A stretch of 64,000 bases of DNA from Minisyncoccota bacterium (GTDB lineage: Bacteria; Patescibacteriota; Minisyncoccia; Phycocordibacterales; UBA1006), in assembly GCA_028697455.1 (NCBI GenBank), contig JAQVEZ010000002.1:89921-153920 (forward strand). Direction: 5' to 3'. The notes beneath the pieces are model-generated. The model ran no database searches. It was given only the letters and a program-made list of their open reading frames with translations, and was not told the origin of the DNA. A program made the position numbers and the translations under genes. Positions 7,649-17,219 of this stretch are shown here, in pieces (the stretch's first letter is position 1; every line of letters begins with the position of its first letter).

Positions 7649-10399
7649 ATGGAAGAAAAGAAAAAGAATTTTTTATCACAACAAAAAGAATCAGCAAAAA
7701 AACATAGAGATTATATGGAAATTCGAAGACAGCGAAGCGTTCAAAAAAAAGAAGAAGAAAAGAAAAAGAACAAAATATCTTACTTTTTCTTCTCGGTGAG
7801 TAAAAAAATAAAGACGTTTTATTTTGATATGAGTAAAAAAACAAAAAAAATAATAGAAGATAAAAAGCTTGAAGAAAAAGGGAATTCATTTTTAACCCTT
7901 AAAAATATAGCGTTTTTTATCCTTATTACTCTTTTTGTTCTTGCTGGAATATTTTTCATTTGGTTTGCAACACTCAAAATCCCAGATATTACCAATTTTG
8001 AAAACCGCAAAATTGCAAACTCAACAAAAATTTACGACAAAACAGGTGAAGTTCTTTTGTACGATATTCATGAAAACATCAGAAGAACCGTTGTTGACCT
8101 TGATAATATTGCACCATCAGCAAAGGACGCGATTATTGCTATCGAAGATCATTCTTTCTATGACCACAAAGGAGTCGTGGTGAGTTCAACTCTGCGGGCA
8201 ATTTTTCAAACAGCACTTTCAAAGATAGGAATGAGAAAAGGAGGAAGTGTTGGAGGGTCAACGCTCACTCAACAAGTGATAAAAAACACCCTTCTCACAC
8301 GAGATAAAGTTCTTTCACGAAAGGCAAAAGAATGGGTTCTCGCATATAAAATAGAACAACGCTTTACCAAAGATGAAATTCTTGAAATCTACCTCAACGA
8401 AGCTCCTTATGGAGGAACTCTCTATGGAATTGAAGAAGCTTCAAAACATTTCTTTGGTGTTTCTGCTTCAGAGCTCACCCTTGCTCAATCAGCATATCTT
8501 GCAGCTATTCCAAATCTTCCTACCTACTATTCTCCATACGGACCCAACAAAGATAAGCTTGATGCACGACAAAAAATTGTTTTGCAGCAAATGAAAAAGT
8601 ATGGATTCATTTCAAACGATGAATATAAAGAAGCCATGGTTGAAGAAGTCACTTTTCTCCCCCAAGAAGATAACTTTGCAAAATCACTACACTTTGTTCA
8701 GTACATACGAGCTTATCTTGAAGAAAAATATGGAGCCGATCTTGTCCAAAACGGTGGACTTAAGGTTATTACAACTCTTGATTATGAACTCCAAGAACGA
8801 GCTGAAGAAATAATCAAAGATCACGTTGAAGAGGTAAAAGATGTTTACAATGCCTCAAACGCAGCTCTTATGGCTATTGATGCCAAAACGGGACAAATCC
8901 TCAGTATGGTTGGTTCTCGAGATTATTCTGACACAGAAGACTTTGACGGAAACTTTAATGTAACCCTCTCACCACGACAGCCAGGGTCATCGTTCAAACC
9001 AATTGCCTATGCAACTGCCTTTGAAAAAGGGTATTTACCAGAAACATTTGTATTTGATACAGAAACACAATTCAACGCTCGCTGTGACGCAAGTGATACC
9101 ACCAGCAATAGCGGATGTTATTCTCCGCGAAATTATGATAACGCCTTTAAGGGACCTATTTCTTTAAGGTCAGCACTTGCAGAATCACGAAACATTCCTG
9201 CAGTAAAGGTAAACTACCTTGCAGGAATTAACAACGTTATCCAAAAAGCAAAAGATATGGGGATAACATCTCTTACCAAACCTGCAAGTTTTTATGGGCT
9301 TGGACTTGTTTTGGGAGGAGGAGAAGTTTCTCTCCTTGAAATGACAAGTGCCTATTCTGTTTTTGCTACCGACGGTATTTATCATAAACCAACAGGAATT
9401 CTCGAGGTCACTGATATGGACGGTACCGTTCTTGAAAAATTTACCCCAAACGAACAACGAGTATTGGGGGCAAATTCTGCTCGGATGATTAACAGCATTC
9501 TCTCAGATAATGTTGCACGAACGCCACTTTTTGGAGCCCAATCATTTCTTTATTTTGGTGAACGACCGGTTGCAGGTAAAACCGGAACGACCAACGACAA
9601 CAAAGATGCGTGGCTTATTGGTTACACTCCTGATGTGGTTGTTGGTGTGTGGACGGGGAACAATGATAACAAACCAATGAAGAAAGGTTCTTCAATTTCT
9701 GGAAAACCATGGCGACAATATATGGATGAAGTTTTGAAGAAGTACCCATCTTCTCGTTTTGATGGATATGCACTTCCAGACGATTTTGAAAGTCTCCCAG
9801 GAATGGTCCGAGGAGACTGGTATGGTGGAACAACCGTGTACCTTGATAGCGTTTCAGGAAAGCTTGCAACAGAGTTCACTCCTGAAGAATCAAAAATTGC
9901 GGTCCCTCAACCAGATCCTCATACTATTTTGTATAGTATCAACAAAGACAATCCGAGAGTTTTGGATTATTCACAAAGCGATCAACAATATCAAAACTGG
10001 GAATATGGTGTTCGGCAATATGTAGAAAAGAATATCGCGCCTCTTCTTTCCCAATTTAATATTCCTCTCCCTGAAGAAGAAGATGATATTCACACCGAAG
10101 AAGAGGCAGAAAGTGATTTTAACATCCTTCTTTCTGGGTATAGTCCCGAGAATGTTTATATGAAAGATCAGACGATTCACTTTATTCTTTCTTTTGTAGG
10201 AAGAGAGCTCAGTGAGATAAAAGACGTACAGTTCTTTATAAACAACGCCTTTGTCTCAAGTGATACCGATGCACCTTTTGATATTTCTTTTGTTCCTCAT
10301 GATCTCTCATACCTTGAACAAAATAACATTCTCAAGGTAGTTGCAACTGACACCAAGGGTTATAGCTCAAGCAAAGAATTCACGATCAATGTTCAGTAA
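7649..10399 (+). CDS. mrcA: Class A penicillin-binding protein (bifunctional glycosyltransferase/transpeptidase)
   Basis: GT51 motifs EDHSFYDHKGV and RKGGSVGGSTLTQQ. Transpeptidase motifs SSFKP, SRN and KTGT. It has a Lys-rich cytoplasmic N-terminal extension and a C-terminal Ig-like extension of about 150 aa. An extended -10 TGTGTATAAT sits 7 nt upstream of the ATG. Confidence 0.9.
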   Translation: MEEKKKNFLSQQKESAKKHRDYMEIRRQRSVQKKEEEKKKNKISYFFFSVSKKIKTFYFDMSKKTKKIIEDKKLEEKGNSFLTLKNIAFFILITLFVLAGIFFIWFATLKIPDITNFENRKIANSTKIYDKTGEVLLYDIHENIRRTVVDLDNIAPSAKDAIIAIEDHSFYDHKGVVVSSTLRAIFQTALSKIGMRKGGSVGGSTLTQQVIKNTLLTRDKVLSRKAKEWVLAYKIEQRFTKDEILEIYLNEAPYGGTLYGIEEASKHFFGVSASELTLAQSAYLAAIPNLPTYYSPYGPNKDKLDARQKIVLQQMKKYGFISNDEYKEAMVEEVTFLPQEDNFAKSLHFVQYIRAYLEEKYGADLVQNGGLKVITTLDYELQERAEEIIKDHVEEVKDVYNASNAALMAIDAKTGQILSMVGSRDYSDTEDFDGNFNVTLSPRQPGSSFKPIAYATAFEKGYLPETFVFDTETQFNARCDASDTTSNSGCYSPRNYDNAFKGPISLRSALAESRNIPAVKVNYLAGINNVIQKAKDMGITSLTKPASFYGLGLVLGGGEVSLLEMTSAYSVFATDGIYHKPTGILEVTDMDGTVLEKFTPNEQRVLGANSARMINSILSDNVARTPLFGAQSFLYFGERPVAGKTGTTNDNKDAWLIGYTPDVVVGVWTGNNDNKPMKKGSSISGKPWRQYMDEVLKKYPSSRFDGYALPDDFESLPGMVRGDWYGGTTVYLDSVSGKLATEFTPEESKIAVPQPDPHTILYSINKDNPRVLDYSQSDQQYQNWEYGVRQYVEKNIAPLLSQFNIPLPEEEDDIHTEEEAESDFNILLSGYSPENVYMKDQTIHFILSFVGRELSEIKDVQFFINNAFVSSDTDAPFDISFVPHDLSYLEQNNILKVVATDTKGYSSSKEFTINVQ

Positions 10400-10410
10400 C
10401 AGATAAAAAA

Positions 10411-10437
10411 AGCAATAAAGAATATTTATTGCTTTTT
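10411..10437 (+). terminator. Intrinsic terminator after the PBP gene
   Basis: Stem agcaataaa/tttattgct with loop gaata and a T-run. Confidence 0.6.
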
Positions 10438-10439
10438 AT

Positions 10440-10448
10440 TTATCCACA
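10440..10448 (+). promoter_or_regulatory. Perfect TTATCCACA box upstream of the secreted BNR protein gene
   Basis: Exact 9-mer, 66 nt upstream of the ATG at 10514. Confidence 0.5.
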
Positions 10449-10513
10449 AATTATTTTTACTTCTCACAAAAAACTTGCTCAAGAGAAGGGCGAGGTGATA
10501 TTCTAGTAAGAAT

Positions 10514-11725
10514 ATGAAGAAAATTAATTTTATATTATTATCAATATTTTTTATAAGTCTGGCGTTTTTGGGAACAGATGCGTATGCAAATGAAATCGAA
10601 TGGTCAAGCATCGAAGCTCCTGCACAAAATTCTTGGCGTGCTGTAACCTATGGTGAAGGGAAATTTGTTGCCGTTTCTACCGATGGAACAAATCGAATTA
10701 TGATTTCAGAAGACGGTAAAAACTGGGAAGTAACTCCAACTACTTGGGGAAGCCAATGGTTTACTGGAATTGCTTACGGGAACGGAGCTTTTGTTCTTGG
10801 AAATGCTTGGAATGGCAACATTTTCTATCGATCAATAGATGGAGGACAAACGTGGACAGGAGTTACCGGAGCCGCTAGTGGAGCTCAATTGGGAGACATT
10901 GCTTATGTTGACGGGGTTTTTGTTGCTGTTGATTATTCAAGAAGCTTTACTAATCAAGCAGCAGGTCAGCAAATATTCATTTCAAATGATGGATGGACGT
11001 GGGAAGCAAAAGGAGAATCAGCCAAGAAATACTGGCATGGTATTGCTTACGGAGATGGAAAAATTGTTATTGTAGGGGGGAAAGGAGAATCAGCAACTGA
11101 TGGAAAACACATTGGAGTATCCGAAGACAAAGGACAAACCTGGCAATACTTTGCGGCACCAGTGGCTGGAGGTGGTTATTGGACCAGTGTTGCTTACGGG
11201 AATGGTAAATTCGTAGCCGTCTCAGACGACGAGGGAGCTGCTCAAGACATTATTGTATCAAGTGATGGTAAGAACTGGACAGCCTACTCTTCTCCCGACA
11301 CCAAAGCATGGTGGGAAGATATTGCTTTCGGAAATGGATATTTTGTAATGGTATCGTATGACTACGATAATAATTTGAGTGAACCAGGAAAGGCTGTTGC
11401 TATCTCTAAGGACGGAATTAACTGGGAGACCGTTGATACAGTACCGGGTCACGGATATTACTCAGTTACTTTTGGAGACGATAAGTTTGTTGTCGTAGCC
11501 CTTGACTCTGATGATAATAATCGAATCTTTCTTGGAGAATTTCCTCCACAAAAAAGCCTTTCATCTTCCAATATCTTCGGAACCCGATTCTGTTCAGCAG
11601 AAGTTACCACCTTCTGTCGACCACAAAACGGATTTATGAATAATAATCCATTAGTAAATATCTACACTGAACTTTTGGGACTCTATCAACAACTCCTTTC
11701 TGCAATGCAGGGACAAAACAGCTAA
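10514..11725 (+). CDS. Secreted BNR/Asp-box repeat beta-propeller-like protein carrying the conserved C-terminal module (paralog A)
   Basis: Signal peptide MKKINFILLSIFFISLAFLGTDAYA. It has about 8 repeats of W..IAYGNGKFVAV and SxDGxxW. The C-terminal 55 aa (SSSNIFGTRFCSAEVTTFCRPQNGF…LLGLYQQLLSAMQ) are shared with the genes at 12043 and 22905. Confidence 0.75.
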   Translation: MKKINFILLSIFFISLAFLGTDAYANEIEWSSIEAPAQNSWRAVTYGEGKFVAVSTDGTNRIMISEDGKNWEVTPTTWGSQWFTGIAYGNGAFVLGNAWNGNIFYRSIDGGQTWTGVTGAASGAQLGDIAYVDGVFVAVDYSRSFTNQAAGQQIFISNDGWTWEAKGESAKKYWHGIAYGDGKIVIVGGKGESATDGKHIGVSEDKGQTWQYFAAPVAGGGYWTSVAYGNGKFVAVSDDEGAAQDIIVSSDGKNWTAYSSPDTKAWWEDIAFGNGYFVMVSYDYDNNLSEPGKAVAISKDGINWETVDTVPGHGYYSVTFGDDKFVVVALDSDDNNRIFLGEFPPQKSLSSSNIFGTRFCSAEVTTFCRPQNGFMNNNPLVNIYTELLGLYQQLLSAMQGQNS

Positions 11726-11821
11726 GGCTGTTTTTCTTTTGTGAGATTCTTGTTGATGTTTTGGAAATAGATTATAATAAAAGAGAGAAGATCCTCTTCT
11801 GTTGAGAATAAGTTGTTTAGG

Positions 11822-11848
11822 AGCCCGCTATTCCGTAGCGGGCTTTTT
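11822..11848 (+). terminator. Intrinsic terminator after paralog A
   Basis: Stem agcccgcta/tagcgggct with loop ttccg and a T-run. Confidence 0.7.
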
Positions 11849-11885
11849 GATATAAAAAGTTACCCACAGGTATCTTTTCTGATAC

Positions 11886-12010
11886 TTGACATTTATCTTT
11901 ATTGTGATAAATTTACTAATGAATCTAACCAATTTAACAACAACACACCGCTTTAACCAAGCACCTAAACCACAAGGCTCCCTTTCATTCGTGAAAGGGG
12001 CTTTTTTCTT
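11886..12010 (+). ncRNA. Candidate small RNA (promoter, CA-rich body, terminator)
   Basis: TTGACA at 11886-11891 followed by a -10-like tgtgataaat. The body is CA-rich (caacaacacaccgctttaaccaagcacctaaaccacaagg). It ends in the hairpin ccctttc-attcgt-gaaaggg plus a T-run at about 11980-12008. No plausible ORF spans it. Confidence 0.3.
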
Positions 12011-12042
12011 TATTTTATTTAATCTTGGTATACTAAAAGAGT

Positions 12043-12894
12043 ATGAAAAAATACGTTTTTACATCACTACTATCATTGTTCGTTATAGTAGGATTTACAA
12101 GCTTTATGAGTCCACACAAAGTTTCTGCTGATTTTGAAGAAGGTCCTGAGGTTGTTTTTGAGGATGGAGGAAGATCTATTGTTGCAACTTTTGATCATGT
12201 TTTTCTTTTTACTCTTAAATATTTTGAGGAGGAAGATGGTACTGGTTATGAATTTGAAGATATAAGTATTCAAAGTTCTAGTGATAAGTGCGAAACAGAA
12301 AATGATGGGGACATCTACACAATAAGTTGTTATCAAGATATTCCCTTTGAAGTACAGAGTATAGTTATTGATTTTATGTGGAAGGGAGAATCACAAGGTG
12401 GTTATGCTCCAACACTATCTTCTTCAGATGTCTATAACAGAGCATTTACTTACCCAGAAATAATCTTTGAAGAAGGTGGTAGAGTTGTTATTATCAATTT
12501 TGATTCTGAATTTTATTTTGATATTTGTTATTTTGATGACGATTGTCTAATATATCTTTCTGATGGGGATTCTCTTGGAGAGGAATGTGAGATTATAGGA
12601 GATTATTCTGTTCGTTGTGAACAAGACATTCCTAAAGGAGCACTCGGGGTTGGGGTAGATGTATACGATGGAGATGGGAACGATTTTTATGATGAATATC
12701 TTTTTTCAACTCATAATCCTTCCTCATCAAGTATTTCAAATATCTTCGGAACACGATTCTGTTCAGCAGGAGTTACGACTTTCTGTCGACCTCAAAATGG
12801 ATTTACGAATAATAACCCATTAATCAGTATCTATACTGAACTTTTGGGATTGTATCAACAACTCCTTTCTGCTCTTCAAAACGAAAACAGCTAA
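12043..12894 (+). CDS. Secreted acidic Cys-containing repeat protein carrying the conserved C-terminal module (paralog B)
   Basis: Signal peptide MKKYVFTSLLSLFVIVGFTSFMSPHKVSA, near-identical to paralog C. It has an internal two-fold repeat (FEEGPEVVFEDGGRSIVATFD… / IFEEGGRVVIINFD…). The C-terminal module is SISNIFGTRFCSAGVTTFCRPQNGFTNNNPLISIYTELLGLYQQLLSALQ. A TGGTATACT -10 element sits 8 nt before the ATG. Confidence 0.75.
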   Translation: MKKYVFTSLLSLFVIVGFTSFMSPHKVSADFEEGPEVVFEDGGRSIVATFDHVFLFTLKYFEEEDGTGYEFEDISIQSSSDKCETENDGDIYTISCYQDIPFEVQSIVIDFMWKGESQGGYAPTLSSSDVYNRAFTYPEIIFEEGGRVVIINFDSEFYFDICYFDDDCLIYLSDGDSLGEECEIIGDYSVRCEQDIPKGALGVGVDVYDGDGNDFYDEYLFSTHNPSSSSISNIFGTRFCSAGVTTFCRPQNGFTNNNPLISIYTELLGLYQQLLSALQNENS

Positions 12895-12906
12895 TCCTAG
12901 CTGTTT

Positions 12907-13434
12907 TTATTCTGCGTTATAATACACATCTTGAACGTCATCGTGTTCTTCGAGAGTTTCAATAAGGGCTTCGAGTTTCTCACCTGTTTCATCATCAATT
13001 TCAATGGTGGTGTTAGGTATCCAATCACGCTCTTCGTTTTGACTAAAATTCCAAGCAACGGATCCACTTGCCCCAAGTGAAGCTCCGTTTTTTGAAAGAA
13101 GGTGTTTGATTTCTTGACTGGTTCGATTGTTGTTATCGGTAAGGCCGGTAATAATAATACCAACTCCTCCAGGGCCATAAGCTTCATAGAGAACAGGAGT
13201 CATATCTCCCGATTCAGATGCTTTTTTGATGGCACGATCGATGTTATCGTTTGGCATATTTTCTTTTCGTGCTTTTTCAATTGCTGTTTTAAGTCCAGGA
13301 GCATTCACATCCCCTCCAGATTTTTTTGCTTCAACTTGAATAAGACGAACGAGCTTTCCAAAGATTTTTGATTTTTGTGCATCAGTTGCTGCTTTTTTGT
13401 GTTTTATTTTTGACCATTTATTGTGTCCAGACAT
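12907..13434 (-). CDS. yebC: YebC/PmpR-family transcriptional regulator
   Basis: MSGHNKWSKIKHKKAATDAQKSKIFGKL is the canonical YebC N-terminus. 175 aa, short form. Confidence 0.85.
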   Translation of the reverse strand: MSGHNKWSKIKHKKAATDAQKSKIFGKLVRLIQVEAKKSGGDVNAPGLKTAIEKARKENMPNDNIDRAIKKASESGDMTPVLYEAYGPGGVGIIITGLTDNNNRTSQEIKHLLSKNGASLGASGSVAWNFSQNEERDWIPNTTIEIDDETGEKLEALIETLEEHDDVQDVYYNAE

Positions 13435-13469
13435 AAGTTAAGAAAGATAAGGGTGAATAATAGAGAAGG

Positions 13470-14486
13470 TTATTTTTTACCGAGATGAGCATAAGCTTTT
13501 TCGGTTGCGACACGCCCTCGTGAGGTGAGCTCGACAAGCCCCAATTGAACAAGATAGGGCTCAACGACCGATTCAAGCGTATCTTTTTCTTCATGAGTTG
13601 CAATAGCGAGCGTCCGCAAGCCAACAGGTCCTCCATTGAATTTATCAATAATAGTATTGAGAATATCGCGGTCATTCTGATGAAGCCCGATTTCATCTAC
13701 CCCAATAAGAGAAAGGGATTCAAGGACAGTGTCTTTGTTGATGGCTTTGTTATGAACATCAGCAAAGTCACGAACACGTTTTAAAAAATAATTTGCTGTC
13801 CGAGGGGTATAGCGACTTCGAATGGCAATTTCACGAGCAGCATCGGTATCAATACGAATGCCTAACTTTGCTGCTGATTGGTGGATAATTGTTTCCATTT
13901 CCTCGTTCGTATAGAATTCGAGTTTGAAAGTTCCTCCAGAAAATCGAGACCGCAATGGAGCCGAGAGCATCGCGATTTTTGTTGTCGCTGCAATGAGGGT
14001 AAAAGGAGGAAGATCGAGTTGAATCGTTCGAGCTGAAGGTCCTTTCCCAATAATAATATCGAGGAACCCAGATTCCATTGCAGGGTAGAGGACTTCCTCG
14101 ATATTTTTATTGAGACGGTGAATCTCATCAATAAAGAGAACATCTCCTTCGCTGAGGTTGGTGAGGATACTTGCGAGATCACCGACTTTTTCGATAGCAG
14201 GCCCTGAAGTTGTTTTGATATTTCGTCCGATTTCTTTTGCAATAAGATAGGAAAGCGTTGTCTTACCAAGACCAGGGGGTCCATAAAAAAGTAAGTGCTC
14301 GGGTTGTTGCCCGCGGTTTTGCGCAGCTGTGAGTAAGATGTGAAGATTATCTTTTATTGACTGCTGGCCTATGTATTCATCCCATGTTTCTGGTCTGAGC
14401 TGTGAATTAAGTGCTTGAGGTGCTTGTTCTTGCATAATAGATATCATAACATTTTTTAAGCTTTTTTTGAAGAAAGGGCTTGACAA
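13470..14486 (-). CDS. ruvB: Holliday junction branch-migration helicase RuvB
   Basis: AAA+ Walker A FYGPPGLGKTTL and FIDEIHRL. The true start may be an internal Met. Confidence 0.92.
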   Translation of the reverse strand: MSSPFFKKSLKNVMISIMQEQAPQALNSQLRPETWDEYIGQQSIKDNLHILLTAAQNRGQQPEHLLFYGPPGLGKTTLSYLIAKEIGRNIKTTSGPAIEKVGDLASILTNLSEGDVLFIDEIHRLNKNIEEVLYPAMESGFLDIIIGKGPSARTIQLDLPPFTLIAATTKIAMLSAPLRSRFSGGTFKLEFYTNEEMETIIHQSAAKLGIRIDTDAAREIAIRSRYTPRTANYFLKRVRDFADVHNKAINKDTVLESLSLIGVDEIGLHQNDRDILNTIIDKFNGGPVGLRTLAIATHEEKDTLESVVEPYLVQLGLVELTSRGRVATEKAYAHLGKK

Positions 14487-14503
14487 TTTTATTTATTCAC
14501 ATA

Positions 14504-14512
14504 TTATCCACA
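14504..14512 (+). promoter_or_regulatory. Perfect TTATCCACA box in the ruvB-pilB divergent intergenic region
   Basis: Exact 9-mer, 18 nt upstream of the ruvB start on the opposite strand. Confidence 0.5.
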
Positions 14513-14588
14513 GGAATATATGACATTGAAAAAATGCCATGTTATAGTCAAGATCCAACAGAGCTATTTATACGAGGGGAAAGGCCTC

Positions 14589-14616
14589 TTGACAAAATAA
14601 TTAGTTCTGCTATACT
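14589..14616 (+). promoter_or_regulatory. Strong sigma70-like promoter (TTGACA, 16-nt spacer, TATACT)
   Basis: Consensus -35 at 14589-14594 and -10 at 14611-14616. It lies about 230 nt upstream of pilB, which has its own TGTATAAT element right at its start. Confidence 0.55.
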
Positions 14617-14621
14617 GTTCT

Positions 14622-14775
14622 TATACATTGAAAGCGTGAATCTCTAAACAATCAGATCTCGCGAATTTGGCCACGTGGATAGGAATATTTGGCTCTCATC
14701 TTGTAATGAGTTCTGCTGAGTATCTCGTTGAAGCGTCGTCAACCTTTATTTTATAAAGTTTTTTTCTGGGTGTTT
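14622..14775 (+). ncRNA. Candidate sRNA or structured leader transcribed from the 14589 promoter
   Basis: The GC content is higher than the flanking AT-rich spacer. It ends with the hairpin gttga-agcgtcg-tcaac followed by a T-rich tract at about 14727-14770. No ORF is present. Confidence 0.3.
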
Positions 14776-14843
14776 AGAGGTTTATGCTTTTAATGAAAAA
14801 GCCGTTCTCATTCTGAGAGCGACTTTTTTATTACTGTTTTTGC

Positions 14844-17159
14844 TTGTATAATAGAAAGAGCATGGCTGCTTTCGACGATAAGGAACAAAATAAAAAAATC
14901 CAAGACATCCGAGCGAAGGAAGAAGAAGCATTCACCGAAAAAATTGCAAAGAAATTTGACCTTCCTTATATTGATCTTACGGGAGCCACGATAGAAACAG
15001 ATGCTCTTTCTAAGGTAAAAGAAGAAGACGCGCGGAAAGCCCTCCTCGCTCCTTTTAAAATTGTTGGAAAAGATTTATATGTTGCGCTCAAGTCGCCTAA
15101 TCTCCCCGAAACAAAAAGAGTTCTTGATAATCTTGAAAAAGACTACAATCTTGGAATTCATCTTGCATCCCAACGAAGTCTTGAAAAAGCATGGGGGCGT
15201 TATGAAGACATTACCTTTACCTTTGGAATAGAAGGAGGGGTTTTAGATATTTCTGAAGAAGAAATCAAAAAACTCGCTGCAAAAATCAAAACCAACCAAG
15301 ACATTGCCTTTGAATTTGACCGGGTTCTTGCTTTGGGAGAAGAGCGAAAGGTAACGCGTCTTATGGAAATTATTTTTGCCGGAGCTATTGCAACCGATTC
15401 TTCTGATGTGCATATTGAAGCGCAAGACGGAAAGGTAAGACTTCGTTTCCGTCAAGATGGAGTTCTTCAAGATATTATTTATTTTGACCCAGCTACCTAC
15501 AAACAAATTCTTTCACGAATTAAGCTCCTTTCAGAAATGAAACTTACTCAAACAGAAAATGCTCAGGACGGAAGGTTTACGATTGATTACGATAAAAAAG
15601 AAATTGAAATCCGTGTATCGGTTGTTCCAGGAGCTTTTGGAGAATCTTTTGTGATGCGTATTTTGAATCCCGATGGGATTAAAGTTGGAGTTGAACATCT
15701 TGGAATCGAAAAACGTCTTTATGAAATCCTTCTCAAGGAAATCGAAAAACCAAACGGAATGATTTTGACAACCGGACCTACCGGATCAGGAAAGACCACA
15801 ACCTTGTATTCTTTTATGAACAAAGTCTATTCTCCTGAGGTAAAGATTCTCACGATTGAAGACCCTATTGAATATCGTATTGAAGGAATCAACCAAACAC
15901 AGGTAAATCGCCAAAAAGGCTACACTTTTTCTTCTGGACTCCGAGCGGCTTTGCGACAGGACCCAGATATTATCATGGTGGGAGAGATTCGAGACAGTGA
16001 AACGGCAAGTATCGCGGTGAACGCTTCACTTACGGGGCACTTGGTTCTTTCAACACTCCACACGAACAGTGCAGCAGGAGTTATTCCTCGACTCCTTGAC
16101 CTTGGAGTATCCCCACAAATCCTTGCGGCTGCCTTATCGGTTTCGATTGCTCAGCGTTTGGTTCGTAAGGTTTGTGAATCATGTAAAGAAATTGTTGCTC
16201 CAACACCAGAACAAGAAGGTATTATTAGAGACGTTTTGAGAGAAGCACAAAAGAACGAAAAACCTCTTCACGAATACGGAATCAGCGTAAACCAAAAAAT
16301 AGAACTCAGTCGCGGAAAGGGCTGTGAAGTATGTAATGGAACAGGATATAAAGGACGTATCGGACTTTTTGAAGCTATTATTACTGATGAATATATCGAA
16401 GAACTCCTCAACAAGAGCCCGTCCGAACAAGAAATTCGTCGTGTTGCCGAAAAGCAGAGACTTCTTAATATCCGTGAAGATGGGGTAGTAAAAATCCTTA
16501 ATGGAATTACTTCTTTTGAAGAAGTTCAAAAGGTGATCGATCTTGATATCAAAAATATCACCCAATTTAAAACTGATACAGAAACCTCTCAAGGAGAAAA
16601 TATTTCTTTGGTAAACGAAGAAAGTAATCTTCCTCAGCAAAATACTTTTGCAGAAATACCTGAAAGTTCCAAACCCATATCTCAAGAAAACAAAGAAGAA
16701 GAAAATCTTGAAAAACTCCTCGAAGAAGTAAGTAAAAAAATCGACCTTGTCAAAGGGTCTGTTATCCCAAGCAAAAAAATTATCCCCGAAGAAGGAGCCC
16801 AAATCTCTCAGATTCCCCCTGCTGCAATTCTTAATAACAAAAGTATTGAGATATCGCTTTTGATTGATTATTTAAGACGACTTGAGCAGGATCAAATTCT
16901 TCGTCCCGATGTTGATATCAGTAAACAGATCAAACAAGTACAGCTCACAATACTTGAGCTTCTCCAGCGGAAACAAGCAGAAAGTATTCTCAACGCACAA
17001 GGAAATTTTGCACAAGCACACAAAACCTATACCGAACTTGCTGATGAGCTTGATACGCTCTATCGAGAACAACTTCAGAACCCAGGAGTTGATATGTCAG
17101 AAAGGATTAAAAAAATCCGTGAAGAAATTGAGTACTATCATTCACAACAAAGTATCTAA
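14844..17159 (+). CDS. pilB: Type II/IV secretion ATPase (PilB/GspE family) with a long C-terminal coiled-coil extension
   Basis: N-terminal T2SSE_N-like domain and Walker A TGPTGSGKTTTLYSF. A zinc-binding tetra-Cys CESCKE…CEVCNGTG is present. The C-terminal extension is about 200 aa. Confidence 0.9.
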   Translation: MYNRKSMAAFDDKEQNKKIQDIRAKEEEAFTEKIAKKFDLPYIDLTGATIETDALSKVKEEDARKALLAPFKIVGKDLYVALKSPNLPETKRVLDNLEKDYNLGIHLASQRSLEKAWGRYEDITFTFGIEGGVLDISEEEIKKLAAKIKTNQDIAFEFDRVLALGEERKVTRLMEIIFAGAIATDSSDVHIEAQDGKVRLRFRQDGVLQDIIYFDPATYKQILSRIKLLSEMKLTQTENAQDGRFTIDYDKKEIEIRVSVVPGAFGESFVMRILNPDGIKVGVEHLGIEKRLYEILLKEIEKPNGMILTTGPTGSGKTTTLYSFMNKVYSPEVKILTIEDPIEYRIEGINQTQVNRQKGYTFSSGLRAALRQDPDIIMVGEIRDSETASIAVNASLTGHLVLSTLHTNSAAGVIPRLLDLGVSPQILAAALSVSIAQRLVRKVCESCKEIVAPTPEQEGIIRDVLREAQKNEKPLHEYGISVNQKIELSRGKGCEVCNGTGYKGRIGLFEAIITDEYIEELLNKSPSEQEIRRVAEKQRLLNIREDGVVKILNGITSFEEVQKVIDLDIKNITQFKTDTETSQGENISLVNEESNLPQQNTFAEIPESSKPISQENKEEENLEKLLEEVSKKIDLVKGSVIPSKKIIPEEGAQISQIPPAAILNNKSIEISLLIDYLRRLEQDQILRPDVDISKQIKQVQLTILELLQRKQAESILNAQGNFAQAHKTYTELADELDTLYREQLQNPGVDMSERIKKIREEIEYYHSQQSI

Positions 17160-17219
17160 ACACTCTTGACAAAGAGTGTTTTTACTTTATGATAAGGAAG
17201 AATTTAAAATATTTTAAAA

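Noticed and set aside
11886-12131. 81-aa ORF spanning the A/B intergenic region
   Set aside because: It crosses an intrinsic terminator and a promoter and runs into the signal-peptide region of gene B in another frame. The region is better explained as noncoding.
16179-16802. 207-aa ORF antisense to pilB
   Set aside because: It lies entirely inside the well-supported pilB frame on the opposite strand. Its Phe/Lys-rich low-complexity translation is typical of antisense reading of AT-rich coding DNA.
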